From assembly GCF_037042905.1 (NCBI RefSeq), contig NC_087257.1, forward strand, positions 7,440,001-7,504,000: 64,000 nt of DNA, in the 5' to 3' direction. The position numbers and the translations under genes are program-made. Below are positions 12,598-27,099 of this stretch, piece by piece; positions within the stretch are counted from its first letter, which is position 1; each line of letters starts with the position of its first letter. The notes under the pieces are model-generated. The model worked only from the letters and a program-made list of their open reading frames with translations. It did not search any database and was not told the DNA's origin. Source of the stretch: Lytechinus pictus. Taxonomy: Eukaryota.

Positions 12598-13623
12598 CTT
12601 TCGCATATGATTTCAGGAGAGCATCCTTGAGGCCTATTGAATCGATTGCTTGAACATATCTCATGTGTGGCCAGACCCTCTTCATGATGCCTTCGAAACC
12701 CTTCTGGAACTCCTTCTTCAATTCTGTAGCTCTAGCCTTATCCCCTCCTCCAAGCTCCTTTACAAGTGCTCTATGAATGTCAGGTGGAACATTGGTTGTC
12801 GTCACGGTTCCAAGTTCAATGTCTCGAACAAACTCGGGCCATTGTTGCTCAACCATTCGCATTGCTGACATCAGGTTTGAAGTGAAATTGGCGTTGATGC
12901 TACGAAGGTTTGGATCACGGAGCCCGAAAAGAAGATGGACATAAACGGAATCAATAGGATCACTGATGTCGTAACCAACTGCAGGTGTTGAGTACAAAAA
13001 CAAGAGTCGTTTTAAGGTCTTAGTCATTACTGATGCAGGGGCCATCAAGACGCCGCCTTCTGAATGCCTTACCTTTGGTGCTGTATACATGTACAGCTCT
13101 CGTTGGAGACCGTCATGACCGAAACAGTTCGCCCTGACATCGAAGTGTATTCCAAATGCCCACTTGAAGAGATTCTTTTGATAGGCTTCAGTGTACGGCA
13201 CCATCTTAGCTTTTCCTGTGGTTCCGGAGGTGAGCGCGAACCGTATAACAGGGTCACCTGCCAACAAACCTGTTTCACCTTTCTCCAAACGATCTACGTA
13301 TGGCCTGTACCGTTCGTAGTCGGTTAATGTATGTTTCTTCCTCAAGTCCGCCAAAGATGTTACTGAAAAGAGTCCAAAGTCTTTTGAGTATTCGGATTGC
13401 GCATTTGCCTTGATGATGTCTTTCAGATATTCTTCCTGTGATTTCCTGGGGTTCTTCCAGGCCTTCTTGCACTTCCAAACCACAGGGAAACGGGTCACAA
13501 AAAGGATTGATATAATGGTAATATGGAGGTAGGATGAGACAAGCCCATGTCCGTGGGATATGTGCAATGTTGACATCCAAAGTGATAGAACGGTCACCAA
13601 GATACTCGGAACACCAAACAAGC
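12598..13623 (-). CDS. GHDC: GH3 domain-containing protein, large coding exon (hydrophobic N-terminus plus P-loop TSGTTGKAK)
   Basis: 1026-nt open exon, acceptor ttttctcttttccag| and donor AAG|gttctg. Contains QEEYL..I...NA.SEY, LTDYERYRPY and FALTSGTTGKAK. First in-frame ATG at 13576; the upstream exon is unresolved. Confidence 0.95.
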
Positions 13624-14141
13624 CTGGAAAAGAGAAAAATACTATGCAGTTACATTAAAATTAACTTGCATTGAAGCCTTTTCACACATATTTTGCTCCA
13701 AAATTTGAGCTATACCCACGCGCGTCCACACATTTGGAAATGAACGTGAATGAAAGTAATCTACCTTATTTCGGAAAAAAATACCTCTAAGATGGCCTAA
13801 AACCCGTATCGTCACAAAAGCCAAGGATAGGTGACTTAAATCCCTAGAAGTAAAACAAAAAAAGTTTGCCTAGTTAAAGTACTCAAAACGCCGAAAACAG
13901 TATTTGAAGCTGAAAACATCCCCTTTTTAAGGAAACATCAAACATGTCAAAGTGATAAAGATACACTATAAAAGTGCCCACTGCTCAGTGCCCCCCCCCC
14001 CCCGACATCCCCACCCCGGGTGCAAGTCATGAGCAGTTTACGTCATGTTTTGGCATAGGATGCGAAGAAATGTTATTGTGTATTTTTGAATCTGTATTCG
14101 TTCATGAACACATAAATAGCAGAGAAGTTAACTGCTAAAAC

Positions 14142-14382
14142 TACCCTGTAAAACCGTGGTGTTAAAACTGACACCAGTTGGTGTTAATAGAGGACCACAC
14201 CCTGAGGTGTTAAAACTACACCCCAGAGATTGAACGTAACACCAAAGAGTGTAAATGCAACAACCAAATGTGTTGTAATAACACCTATATAGGTGTTAAA
14301 CTAACACTGTCAATATAACACCGGTGTAAAATAAGTGGTGTGGTCCTCTATTTAAACCGGTTAACACCACAGTTCTTGCTGT
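14142..14382. repeat. Short internally repetitive DNA-transposon-like repeat
   Basis: CCCTGTAAAACC start with iterated GGTGTTAA/AACACC motifs and inverted AGAGGACCACACC / GGTGTGGTCCTCT. Confidence 0.55.
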
Positions 14383-14478
14383 TTATAGAGCAGTGGAATG
14401 CATTAGATACGTAAAACGTAAAGAAATACATTAGAAAATAAACCATCCCCATCCTGAGAAAATAAAGTAAAACCTTTT

Positions 14479-14792
14479 GGCCTGTATTCTCAGGTCGGGT
14501 TTAATTTAAAATCTGGTTTAAAGTTGTGGTTTTAATATGGACAGCCAATAGTTGCATAAATCTTTAACAATATAATATAAATGTACCAGCTCATTTTTCG
14601 CTAAAATCATTCTCAATTGTTTTGGAAAGATAGATAAGATAACTTTCTTCACCATTCACGAGTTAGGAAAGAGCACAGTAAGCATAATAAACATGCAATG
14701 GAAGGAGAAAATTTTGACATGTTTGGCTTTCCATAATTTTAGCACAGAGTTAGACCATGGTCTAAATCAAACCTGACTTCAGAATACCGGCC
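14479..14792. repeat. MITE; partial copy at about 22461-22690
   Basis: TIR GGCCTGTATTCTCAGGTCGGGTTTA / TCAAACCTGACTTCAGAATACCGGCC; clearly homologous to the sequence starting at 22461. Confidence 0.65.
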
Positions 14793-16349
14793 TATGGGTT
14801 TCATATTTCATTGCATGGTGGGGACCTGTAATTGGTTTCTATCAAATTTGAATATCACCTTTCCCTTATTTGCCAATATCACGTCAGAGGGAAGAATCGA
14901 ACCAAATTTGCGCAAGGTGTAAGGGGTTGAGGATTAACGATAATCCATGATTTTACGTTGTATAAAAAAAACAACCTTATCATAAAGCTACATTTTAATC
15001 GTTTTAAAACTTCCAATGATATTGTTGTTACAACTGATACTCGCTCTCTCAGTCATTTTGTATTGAATTCGGTTTTTCCTCGTATTTTTTATGAATTTCC
15101 CAGGTCAGGATGGTAAGAGAAAACGCTTTTCCTATTTCTTATAAAAACAAGCCTCAGGTGTAAACAAGTAAGGCCCCACTCGGAAAAAGGATATTGTTAT
15201 AAACTTCCTGGACAGAACTAAATTTACAAATGGGAAAATGGTCCGACTATAGAGAAGCCAAAAATGAACAATGTTGCGTTAGAAATAGTGATATCACAAT
15301 TTTTGTAGGAAAACACCTCATTTACAAGCTGGTTTAGTTCGATCATGGTTCTATAAAATAATTTCACCCCTCCCCTATAGAGAATGGCCGAGGGATTAAT
15401 AGAACCCCATGAAATCTCCGCGCATGGCAATATAATGAAAATTATAATGATGACGAACGAAGATGATGGTGGTAATGATGATGACGACAGTGGTGATAAT
15501 AAGGCACACATTCTCTCGAGGATAATTTTATGATGCATTGTTATGGGAAACTGCGAGAATAACAAAACCAATGAATTATTTCAACTTATGAATACATTCT
15601 GTAATAAACTTGGTGTGTAAGACGTAAAATCCTTAAAGGAAAATTGAATAAGATTGTGGTGCTAATTAATTTGTACTTTTGACTAAAGAAAGCAACACTC
15701 TATTTGAAAAAAAAAATATGACAGCGCCCACCCACCCTTCCGCAAAAAATAATAAAAATTCCAATCAGTATGTAACTGGATGATAATAAAGAACTTAAAT
15801 GCAGACATAATTATTAAAAAATAATAATAATGTCCTGTATTCTATAGCAGTTTATGAGCAAATTATAAAATCCGAAGACATTTTGGAGTGATCAAAATAA
15901 CAGACATGATAGATAAGTGGTTTTGACCTTTCCAATAACACTTACAAACCGAGCAGTGTTAAAGCATTGCATTTCTCTTGGTTGTTCCTGTGGCCTCCAT
16001 ATGATATTGATTCATGTCACACGCAAATTCAATGTCACACGTATTCAGGCCAATCCCGAACACTATATACGTGTTCATTTTGTGATATGATTTCCATTGC
16101 TCATTTATTCAAAGTTGAGTAATCTGCTTTAATTCTTAAGCGAAACATTGCCTGAAATCTGAGTCTGCATGGCAAATGACACCCAAAGTTGGAGCAAAAT
16201 CATATCATCTCGGCGGTTATATTGGTCAAGAAGAATGAGGTCAAATTTATTGTTGATGCCCAGACTGCCAAGTAAGCAATATTGTAGCAGAAATCTTAAA
16301 CCTTTATTCATCTCATCCCTTTCAAGCAATTAAAAAAGGCGTTCGTCTA

Positions 16350-16535
16350 CATTTGCCACTCTCAACCCAGTGGCAATAAATGGGTACCCGGTAGGAATTC
16401 CACGAATGCTTGGGCACCGAGACAGCCCAGCTAAATCAGGGGTAATTGTAACTTCATCATGTAAGCAGGGCCCGATCTGGGAGACTACTTTTTATTGAAC
16501 AGAACCCTGGGTAAATATGACGTTATTATTGCTAC
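16350..16535 (+). mobile_element. Decayed SINE fragment (same family as 61690-61960)
   Basis: CTCAACCCAG...AAATGGGTACCCGGTAGGAATT core, matching the reverse complement of the 61.8-kb SINE. Confidence 0.55.
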
Positions 16536-19500
16536 TGCTACAATTATATGGCAATCAAATGACACATTAAAACATTAAAACATAATTATTCAATTCAATT
16601 AAATTCTTTTATTTCATTTCCATTCAAAACATAATACAAAGTAATATAAAGTAATACAAATCAAGTACAATTTTACAGAAGGGCATTCTTACTTCGTAAA
16701 AAAAACCCAGAAAAAACAGTATAATATAGAGCATAAATGGAAATGAGGGGGATCCACTAAAAAGCAAAGCTTGTAAAGTGTGGATCCCCCTTGGAAATGA
16801 AGAAAGTATAGTAGACTTATTCTTATATGCGTACATATATGTATTACATGAAAGAAAAAGAGAACAAAAGAAATCATACGGATGCAAATATGATTACTGA
16901 ACAAATGCAAAGCTTTCACACAAAGAGGTCTTCGTAATAAAGGATGTGTTGCGCAAGACAGAAGAAAGACCGAAGAAATTATGCTATATATAGACATTAA
17001 AAATTGGAGTGCATGCACTTTACTCGAATCGCTTCTTTAATTTTGGCACAAAGCCTATTGTAATGTAGTTACGAAAACCCAAAACAAATATTTGCTCTGC
17101 GTCTGTGTTAATTGACAGAGGACGATTGTGAACAATCTGTGCATCAACGTTAAATAAAGTTTTTCTTCGAATTCCAATTTTAACAGAATTTGTATTGCAG
17201 AGTATAGCATTTTCAATTCACACTTCATATTTGCCCTACGTTTTTATCAGAGCAATGCGCACTACCGGGACGCACTATTGCAATGTAGTGTGTAATCGTG
17301 GTCTTGTCTTCATCTAATGAAATATGTTAAAGGGCTGCGCCACAATAAAGGGGACAGGGGTCGACTACCAACCCAATGATTTGTCGAGGAGTGAGAAATT
17401 GGGGGAGGAGGAGGGGGGGGGGGGTAGTAAAGTGTCGAAAGAAGGAAGAAAAGCATGACAATAGAGTTCGTGGTCGTAGAACGCTAAAATATTTATTGAA
17501 TTCAATTGAGGTCAAATGTTGCTGTACCTGTATGTCGTCGTGCCAGCCCGTCCCTATCTGAATATTCTGACGTTTTCCCTGTTATTCTTTTTGATATATG
17601 TTGAAGATTTACATACGAATCATATGAATTTACTCCCGAAAATCACTTTTGATTATATTTGTTTGCTTTTTGTTGTTGTTGCCTTTTAAGGGGGGGGGGG
17701 GGGGGGCATGGGAGATCATCTGACGCTGAAATAGACTCCCGTGTATGAAAAATAGGAGAAATCAATTAATAATCACTTAATAAAGAATCCCGTTCTAAAG
17801 TACACTACCATGGCAACAAGCTCATAGTCATGTTGAAGAATTTCCTTTCATTAATTTTTATCGGAAATTTGTTTTTTAGACTCCATAAACATGCAGTCAC
17901 TTGGCAGTAATTATCGTGTACTGAAGAAATGCGAACTCGTTATATTACAGTTAACAAATGGTTAAACACCGCAAAGTATATCAAAATGCAGCCCTAGTCA
18001 TGATAATGAATTTCCTTTTTTGTATACTATTTCCTTCCCTAAGAGTGATTTCATGAACTTTTGAAGCAATAATGAAGAACCTTGGTATTCACCAGAATAT
18101 TATGCAAAACATACAGGAAAAAGGAATGAAACATTGGAAACGATGTATTTCTTATAACAATATTTCAAGAATGGAAATACTGAGTGTGTATACCATGATT
18201 TGGGTAAAACAACCATTGTACAAAATAAACGGTTGTTTATTTAAACTGGGTAAAGATTTATTTTCTATTTTGTACAAATCGACGTTATAATGTGGAGGAC
18301 CTGGCCTTATAAAGCTTCGGTAATAATCAGTAATGAGAATTATGTTTTAGACAATTGTCAGGTTCAGGTAAACTATCATGAATTACAGCGCGATGCCAAA
18401 TAGAGAAAAGATATTAGAACGTTCATGGTATGCGAAGTTGATTACAACAAAAAAGGAACTCAAACAGTAGCAAGCTACACCCTAAAGGTTTCACGAGCAA
18501 GCAGCATGGAAGAAAGGGAGAGTCAGTTTGATATCACTTTCTTAATATCGTGTAAAAACATATCACTACGTTTGATTTATATTGTAAAAGTGTCAACATT
18601 TTTGTTCGCTCGTGACTCTCTTGAAATTTTGCTCTAACGTCTATACATGTATAGTGCTCCCTCAAAGTTTTTATCTATTATTATTTATTGACTCATTATG
18701 CTACTGTTTGAGGTTACATGGCTACAGAGCCCAAGCATGCCAAGGGTGACGTGACAATTTTGTTTGTCCTAATTCATTCCCACAACTTATATTTTCTTCC
18801 CTCGTCTTCATAACTAGGTCCCTCGACTTTATCTATTGATCGTGGGAACGCAAGAATGCGTGGAGCGAACAATAAGTCAAGTGAACGAGTTTATATCAGT
18901 CAAGAAAACGAGTTGGTACTCACGCGAACGAGTTAGGGATAAAATGACACTTAACCATAGAGGCTCCATACAGCAACTTTATAACTAGGGAAATATATCA
19001 AGAACTTTAGAAGGGACACGCTGCATCGATTCAATATAAATGTATATATATTTGCAAGGTACATCATAGTCAGTTTGTTTTGCTTTAGTTTTTTATGATT
19101 TCAAGAAAATCATTAAGATGATGATTAGCTAAACCCCTCAAAAAAGTTTCTGCAACTCGATTGGATACCATGCGTGACCCCCAATACACGTAAAAATATC
19201 TATTTTTTTTCAAGATAGGGCACGTTATGACGTACGTAACGGATTAAGGGAGTCAAAAGTACTAATGAAAAAAGGGTTTATATTTCGCTGGGAAAAGTAC
19301 GTGTTTACGGTCCAATTTGCGAGAGTATAAAAAGACTAAAATACTTTATAAAGAATTTTGCCCTAACACTACGTGTTTAGGGTCCGATTTGAGCAACGTG
19401 TGTGGGATGGTAGTGTTGAATGCTGAACCCCGTCATTTCAAAAAGTTTAAAGATGTTGAATTTATAAAAGATGAGAATGTTGGTTTCATTGTTGTTGAAC

Positions 19501-22500
19501 ATTTATAAATTATGAAAGCTTTCACTTCAAGCTAACACTTCACCATGCAAACAGTCGATACACAACTCTTCAATTCAACAACATAAACCTTAATGATACA
19601 CTAATGAAGACACCCAACAATTCATTGTCACCTGCATCCTGGGCAAAATTCTATAAAAAAAAGGAGATTGGTTAGAAAACAGTGAATTTTGCAACATTTC
19701 ATTTCTTTATTTGCCCTTTATTTAGGGTAATTGCACATTTCTCTCATTCACAAGTCTATTTCTTTGTTTGTATTGTATGTATTTTTGTTTCCTTTATCGT
19801 AAAAAAATGCAAATCAATGTAAAGAGGAATAATAAAGCTTTCCATTGATACCAGTTTCACCATTAATACAAACAAAAACATATCGTCCCCCAATCTTTGA
19901 GTTGCAGAACTTTTTTGTGGGGTTTATAAACACATAAATGAAATTAAAGTAATAAAGGATATATGTCCCCGTTCTGGTTTTAAGCATCTAGTCAAACAAG
20001 CATATAGTATCAGCCACTTTCTTGAAACTTCTGATTACACTATTTCTGCAGCTAGTTTTCTTGGAAGAAGTAGGTTCTTACCTGCCAAAATGCGTTTCCA
20101 CATCTGTTCCTGGTGTTCAGAAGCCATCTGTAGGAGGCACCAGGCCATACAGAATGTTAGTCCTGCCACTCCTAGGAGCTTCCATCGAAGCAGACGTGTT
20201 CCGCCCATGATGTTGGTCTGGTAATGTTCCCAACTGCACTGGGTGGGTTGATGTTATGACGTTGAGGAGTGCTGCTGGTGTTATGTAGATTCGGTATAAC
20301 AATGGTGAAGTGCAGGTTGAGAACAAGTCACGTGAAATATTCATATGTTCTGTGTTACACGCTCGAATCCACCTGACCCTCCGTGCTGAAGTGATGGTTA
20401 AGTTCAGAGTGTGGTCAAAATCACACATAGTGCAATAATCTGATTTCAAGTGTACGTATGGTTCAGTCATGTTCAACATATATACGTGCGTACCGATTGA
20501 ACTCCATTTCAATTAGGACGCAGCAGTAAACACACGATGTGGAAGAGGATATGTAAACAAGACAACTTGAATGTGTAAAGTAGTTGCATATGCTGGTCGT
20601 CTAAGCGGGAAATTGTAAGTAAACAAATCTCTCGTCTGCGTACTAAAGGAGAAGTTGGATGCGGTGAAAGAACCACCTTAACTCCTTCCAATCCTGATGA
20701 TACCACGTTCCGAATGTTATTAGCAAATTTTCGCAATTACAATGGGAACGGATTCAAGAACGTAAGTAAATACATTGAAAATGCCCGTCAAATCGCAGTA
20801 TGATCAGCTCCCGGGGATCAGCTCTAAGGTCTTTGTCGAGAAATGGTGAACCGGGAGAGCAGATCTTTTCAAGTTTTGGAGCTAACGATAAATTGCAAAT
20901 TATTTCGTTTGTTATGTCGAAGCTGCTGTTTTGATTCACCAATTTTCGACAAAGACTGATTTCTACGTCATGAAGATTCTCTATGTTCTAGAAAGCGTAG
21001 TATTGAGAAAAACCCCTAATTATTTTTTTTAACTCCATCTCTGATAGTTTGATACATGTTAAAAAAATGGTCCTTGTCATTTTTGTTGGCTAATCTTTGA
21101 TATTTTGTTTTGATTAAGCAATAAAATGTAGGGGTGCTATAACGTTACTTAACAACAGTTTTATACGGTCTTTACTGTCCCCTATATGCTTTCCTTCTCC
21201 CCTGTTATTTCAAAGGGAACAGTCTCTTCCATATCTACTCCTTGTAAGGCTCCCCCTGACAATATCACCCCCCCCCCCATTTTTTACCAGCGATATCCAG
21301 ACTATAATTGAGCTTGATTTGTGTGCGTTATAATTATTAGGCCTTATTAGCCAAAATACCGTTTATCCTTTGTCATCTTTGTTTGAGAAGTCCTGGCTGA
21401 TTATAAGTGTCCTTTTTGGAAATTCGAGCTCGGAGCTGTACGGAGTAGACATGTGGGGGGGGGGGGGGTGAGGACCGAACGAGCCATTTTCTCCTTATCA
21501 TCACCTTCTCTCTCTCTCTCTTTCAACAATCGCGTGGCTATGCAATGTGAAATGAAATATTCAATAACTTCATTAATCTACGTCTTAATATATGGTGTTG
21601 CAAAAGAGGAAGATGAAAAGAAAAATCATAATCAAGATATAAAATTCCTAGCAATTATACAATAAAAATAACCATCAATAAAGGGCTCTATAGCGTCTGC
21701 AATGACTTTGGTCCCGTCGCAATGTACTGAACTCAGCATCACGTACAATAGTGTAGAATAAAGTTTTTCTACCAAATGTTATATTCTACACTACACTATT
21801 ATAACATTTCTCCTTAAAATATTTCAAAAGAGTACAAAGGGTTGCGATTGATACGATCAATTACATGGACGGCCAGCAACGTCAACATCTAAAATGCAAA
21901 TTGGTTCAAAATATTTTATAGATATGATGTACATTCATGCATTCATCATTCTCTTGAAGATTCAGTGAGATTCTCTTTGCTTGCTAAGGAGAATTTCCAG
22001 TAGAAAAAATTATGGTATGGATGGATTTCCATACAGTTGAGATTGATTGGATCAATCATAACTCTTTGTAAGACGGGGTCCAGATGTATCTTACATTTTG
22101 TAACAATACAGAAATTTTGTATATTGGGTATGTAACCTTACACATTTTTGGTATTTTTTGTAATTGACCCGTTCTTTGAATTTGCAGTCCATTTAATGTT
22201 ATAATTATTTACAGAATGGCTCTGAATTGTGCCTGTAAATTAGGCTTGTTTAAAGAGTACACAAACTGAACATGATTCCATACCAGGGGGGGGGGGGGAT
22301 TCGATTCGATTACTTAACTCTTCAAACTTTCGATATTCACATTTATTATACTATGTTCACATATTTTCTAAATATAACCTAAATAAATCAGTTCACACAA
22401 CACCGAATAATTGCTAATTCTACTTATAACTAACACTAGTCGACATAAACAATACACAAAGGCCCGTATTCTGAAGTCGGGTTAAACTTAAACTCAGGTT

Positions 22501-22989
22501 TAAAGTTGTGGTTTAAGTATAGATAGCCAATTGTTACATAAATCACTAACAGTAGAGATATTATATTTCAGCTCATTTGGCTCTCAAATCATTCATAATT
22601 GTCCAGGAAGTATAAATAGATGATTGCCTTCACCATCGATGAATTGGGAAAGAGCACAGTAAAAATAAGAAACATACAACTTAATTAAAAAATGTAAATC
22701 ATGTTTTACTGGAAAGGCCAAAACGTATGAATCTTTAGTATCATCACGAAGCCAATTATTGTTTACTGGCCGAAATTAATAATGAAGTGTGAAAAATAAG
22801 TTCCAGTTGTAACGATTTCGAAATGACTTCGTAAAGAATCCAATGGAATAACAACCCAAGTGTCGGTCTGTTTATATATAAAACCTATGACAGGGGATTG
22901 TGGAAGAAATTGCGTTATTGCTGAGAAACTAGCAAAATAGCATGGGATTCGAGCAAAATGTCGAATCTTTTTCTTAGCAATAATAATAC

Positions 22990-23858
22990 AATGGATCAGA
23001 TGCATAAAAAAGTAGCAATTGCTGGGAAGCACTTGCTTCAAGCACAAGCAATAGCTAGGCGAGCAAAAGATCATGCCTCAGCAATTACTTTATTTCATAT
23101 TCATTACTCCTTGCTAGTGCCTTAACCGTTTTCTTGCCTTCGGAAATCAATTGCTAGTGGTTTGAACAATGGGTCAGATGCATAAAAGTTAGTATTTCCT
23201 GGCCAGCAATTGCTAGCCAAGCAGAAGATCATGAATTAGCAATTGCTTTGTTTCGTGTGCATAACTCTTTGATTGTGCGTAAACAGTTGTCTTGCCTTGA
23301 GAAAAAAATTGCTCGCGGTTCGAACAATAGCGACGTCACGCCGCGCTGGTGCGGACACGACTCACAGAACGAAAGCGAGAATCGAATGCAAAAGTGTGAC
23401 AGTGCAAAATACCGCTTCTCTCATGTAACATCTTTTCCTCAGACGTGGTGTCTAATTAAGTTAAAAACTAATAAATTTAGATATTTCACATTTGGTTTGC
23501 ACTTATCAGGAAGAAAACATGTACATGTAGGCTACGGTACACTTTAGGGTTCTCTATCAGGTGCATAAATATGACTAAAAAAACAGGAACGCCCAGATCA
23601 AGCAAACGCGCAAGCTGCTCTGACGAAGCTTGAAAAAAAAAACCAAGCAAGAATGTTCGCTTTATATGCATACGCTTGTTGGCAATAGCTTAGTCATGAA
23701 TAAAATGCCAACAGTCAATTAGTGATTGCTTGAACTTACTAGCAAAATCAAATGCTTGCTCATTTCTATGTATGCGGAATCAAGCAGATGCCAAGCAAAT
23801 GCCAAGCAAAAGCCTAGCAAGAGCCATTAATTGGTACTTTGTATGCATCTGACCCATT
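22990..23858. repeat. MITE with duplicated left end
   Basis: CAATGG(A/G)TCAGATGCATA occurs at about 22990 and 23167; the inverted TATGCATCTGACCCATTG occurs at about 23842-23859. Confidence 0.6.
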
Positions 23859-24694
23859 GTCCCGCATGTCACGGATGTGCCTTTCTGTGTGACGATCTAC
23901 AGTATAAAGTTTTTTTTTTTTAAGACTTAATACATTTCATGATTTGACAAAGTTTATTGGCTTAAGCAATTCGAGATCAACTACTTTCGCTTGTCTTTAA
24001 CCTCCACCTAGGTTTTATGAGTTTGCGCACTTTTAATATGACCTAAGCATACTAATTGTACGAGCGCACATTGGGAAATAAATGTGCTAATTTCAGTGAG
24101 GCGGGAGTTTAATAATTCCCTCCACTTTTTGTGAGTTTGGGCCATAAACTTGCGTTTCAAGTTCCACAATATTCATGTTGATGCAGTTCTGATAAGATCT
24201 CCTGCCGGGGCATATAGACGTCCATCCTCACTCTTTGAGCAAAAAGACCGCCAAAACGACATCAATTTGTTTAGCTTTTCAGCGGGGACTGTTCTCCGGA
24301 AGTGCGCCACTGAAGTAAAGAAATCGGCAAGTTTATCACGAATTAGGATTTTTCTTCAAATAGGTCAGTGAGATCCCACTTGATATTTATCTTTCTTACA
24401 TCGGTCGTATAACCCCTTTGCTTTACAAACGTGATAACCTTGTCGTCAGTTGGTTCCTTATGAGTACCGTGACTTGCAGGGAGCCATGTATTTCGGAGTT
24501 GAGTCTCTCTCATCAGTGTTGTTTCTGGAAAGAGGAAATGACAACACGAATTAGAACATGGGAACAAAAAATGATGGACTACCTCACATTTTAAAACTCC
24601 TCTTCTACAAATCGTCTGGCCGGTAATAAATACGCAGCAGTCAATAAATTTACATTATTCTTGTGTAAGACTATCATTTAACATGCCAACATTT

Positions 24695-25192
24695 AAGCCC
24701 CCGTCACACTTATTCGGAATCAAGCAGAACCAGCCGGAATGAAAATTTTTCTAAATTTGATCCACATTTGGGAGGGAATTTCGATTTGATCTAAATTTGT
24801 AAAAATGCTGTTCGATGACCTCGATGCTCCTCAGTGCTGACTGACGTTGCAGCAACAGCGAGACGTGCTTTTATGCGATTCGATTCTCCCATGAATACGA
24901 TCGGAATGTTTCGAATGTTGTTGAAATGTAGTCAGAATATTTGGAATGTAGTCAGAGTGCTGTTGGACTGCACTTTGAATGCCGTTCGATATTTTTCCAG
25001 TTCGAATGAACCTCGAAAGTTTTGAGCATAAGCAAAACATTCGGACCGGACACAAGAATGGACCCGAATATTTGGAATGCACTGAGAATGCAGTCAGAAT
25101 TTGTAGGATGCACTTCGAATATCCAGGAATGTGCCAAAAATTTTCATTCCGACGGCATTCTGGCTCATTCCGTCTCTAGTGTGACTAGGGTA
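24695..25192. repeat. MITE with internal GAATG-rich repeats
   Basis: Inverted ends CCCGTCACACT / AGTGTGACTAGGG and subterminal CGGAATGAAAATTTT / AAAATTTTCATTCCG. Confidence 0.6.
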
Positions 25193-25564
25193 TAAGACAG
25201 TGGCAGGGGCCGCGGAATGGGGAGGTACAAAAACGTAACAAAAAATGACCATCTGATTGCGATATTTGCATGGTCAGCCCTCCAAACCTTCCACTTCCAA
25301 AACCGTTCGGCAGTCACTGAATGGAATGACTTTTAAATTCTTTTCAATGGGTGATTCTTTGTGAAATTAACATGTAATTGTTAAATATGTATTTAGCGCC
25401 CTCTCTCATCAATACCTTTATATTATTTTGACAGAAGTAGCCTTTGGCCAGTTGTCTTAAAATCTGGAGATTAGACATCAGGAACCTTCTGACAAAGATT
25501 AAAATTATTAATTTTATTTAAGCAATTCCATGCTTGAGAAGTGATTTATATGGTTTAGGATATA

Positions 25565-26332
25565 CAATGCGTCCCAGAAAAAAATGAAACCGAGATTCAG
25601 CGATGATTTATCATAACTTTATTATAAATACAATAGACAAATAGAACTACCAATGTAAAGCTTAGAATCTCCTTTTTCATCTGAAATTACTTAGATTATT
25701 CCTCATTCACGCATGAGTGAGCAAAAATAATTTGAAGAAAGGATACAAAAAACTAATTTGGCGGGCAGTATCTGAATTTCAAAAATAAAATCTCATGCCT
25801 TAAAAGTTCAATATCTGCTCTTTTATTTGATACCTTAAATCACAGAAAATGGTCAAGAGGTAAAAAGTTCTGTTCCCTCGAAACAATTCTTGTATTTCAA
25901 TAATTTCATTAAATAAACGCGTTTTCTCCGGTTTCCCACAGAAGCTATCTCATGGTTAACAAAACGGAGTGTCGAGTGAGACTAAACGGTAGCCTGTAAA
26001 ACCTCTTCATTTCATGAAATTATTGAAATTCAAGCCTTATTTCAAATAACCAGAACTTTATTTTGCTGGTCTTTTTCTGTAATTGAGGTATCAAATTAAA
26101 GAGCAGATATTGAACTATTTGAAACCCAGATACAGCCCGCCAAATGACTTTTTGGTATCCCCTCTTCAATTTTTTTTTACTCACTTATGCGTGAATGAGA
26201 AATAATCTATAATTTCAGATGAAAGAAGAGATTCTAAGCTTTACAATAATAGGTCATTTGTCTAATATATTTGTGATTAAGTTATGATAAATCATTGATA
26301 AATCTCGGTTTCGTTTTTTTGTGTGGGACGCA

Positions 26333-26335
<3 letters not shown>
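25565..26335. mobile_element. Tc1/mariner-type foldback MITE
   Basis: TA-flanked termini CA(A/G)TGCGTCCCA; the arms are inverted over roughly 300 bp. The right TA runs into a (TA)n tract. Confidence 0.85.

Positions 26336-26383
<48 letters not shown>
26336..26383. repeat. (TA)n microsatellite
   Basis: Perfect TA dinucleotide run. Confidence 0.95.
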
Positions 26384-26387
<4 letters not shown>

Positions 26388-27099
26388 CACGAAATGGGTT
26401 TTATTTCGTGTTTAGAAAGTTATTTTGGTTGATTTATAATGTTTTTGTCGTAGCTGGCGATATTCCATGCATGCTTCTACACTGATAATGACGTAGATAG
26501 GAACATGAAAGTTATGCATGTTTTAAACGGTTTTTGTGGAATAATTAATTACTGGAGATGTTTAGCTGATTAATTTGGTTATCACTAGCTTGAACTAAAT
26601 AAATGCTTTAATTTGATATGTCATTCATGCATATCCGATTTCGGAGAGCAAAGTTATAGCTGAAGTATGCAGATTGATTTGGATTCGCTATCCAATAAAT
26701 AAAGTTGGTGGATGCGATCGAAATGATTTATATGATCGTTCGCATGTCTTTCCACGAGGAAACCTAGGATGGACTTCTAGTTCTAGGCGACGACTGTGGT
26801 TAGATTTTCTTGTATGTTGGATCTTTTGCACGCCAGCAAGAGACTATACCAGGGCTTGCTCTTTTGGTAGTCTGGTTGGTCTGGAAGCGGACGGTTCGGA
26901 GTCTGGAGCAGACGGCTGGTGGTCCGGAGCTGACGGGTTGGTCTGAAGCGGATGGTTGCTGGTCTGAAGCAGAAGGTCGGAGGTCTGGAGCAGACAACGG
27001 GGAAAACTACAAGTAGAGCAGAGTCAGTGGGTGTGGTCGTGAGAGCCTGACTGCAGAAGGACCCATACATACCCTTACAAAAAATTCCTGTAGTACTCT

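Noticed and set aside
15946-16000. Candidate first coding exon of the GH3 gene (donor TTT|GTAAGT on the minus strand)
   Set aside because: No ATG-initiated frame reaches the donor in the required phase 1. It may be a 5' UTR exon, but this cannot be supported.
20020-20942. Stack of minus-strand ORFs with coding-like composition
   Set aside because: Broken by stops and frameshifts with no motif I can recognise. Possibly a decayed gene; needs BLASTX.
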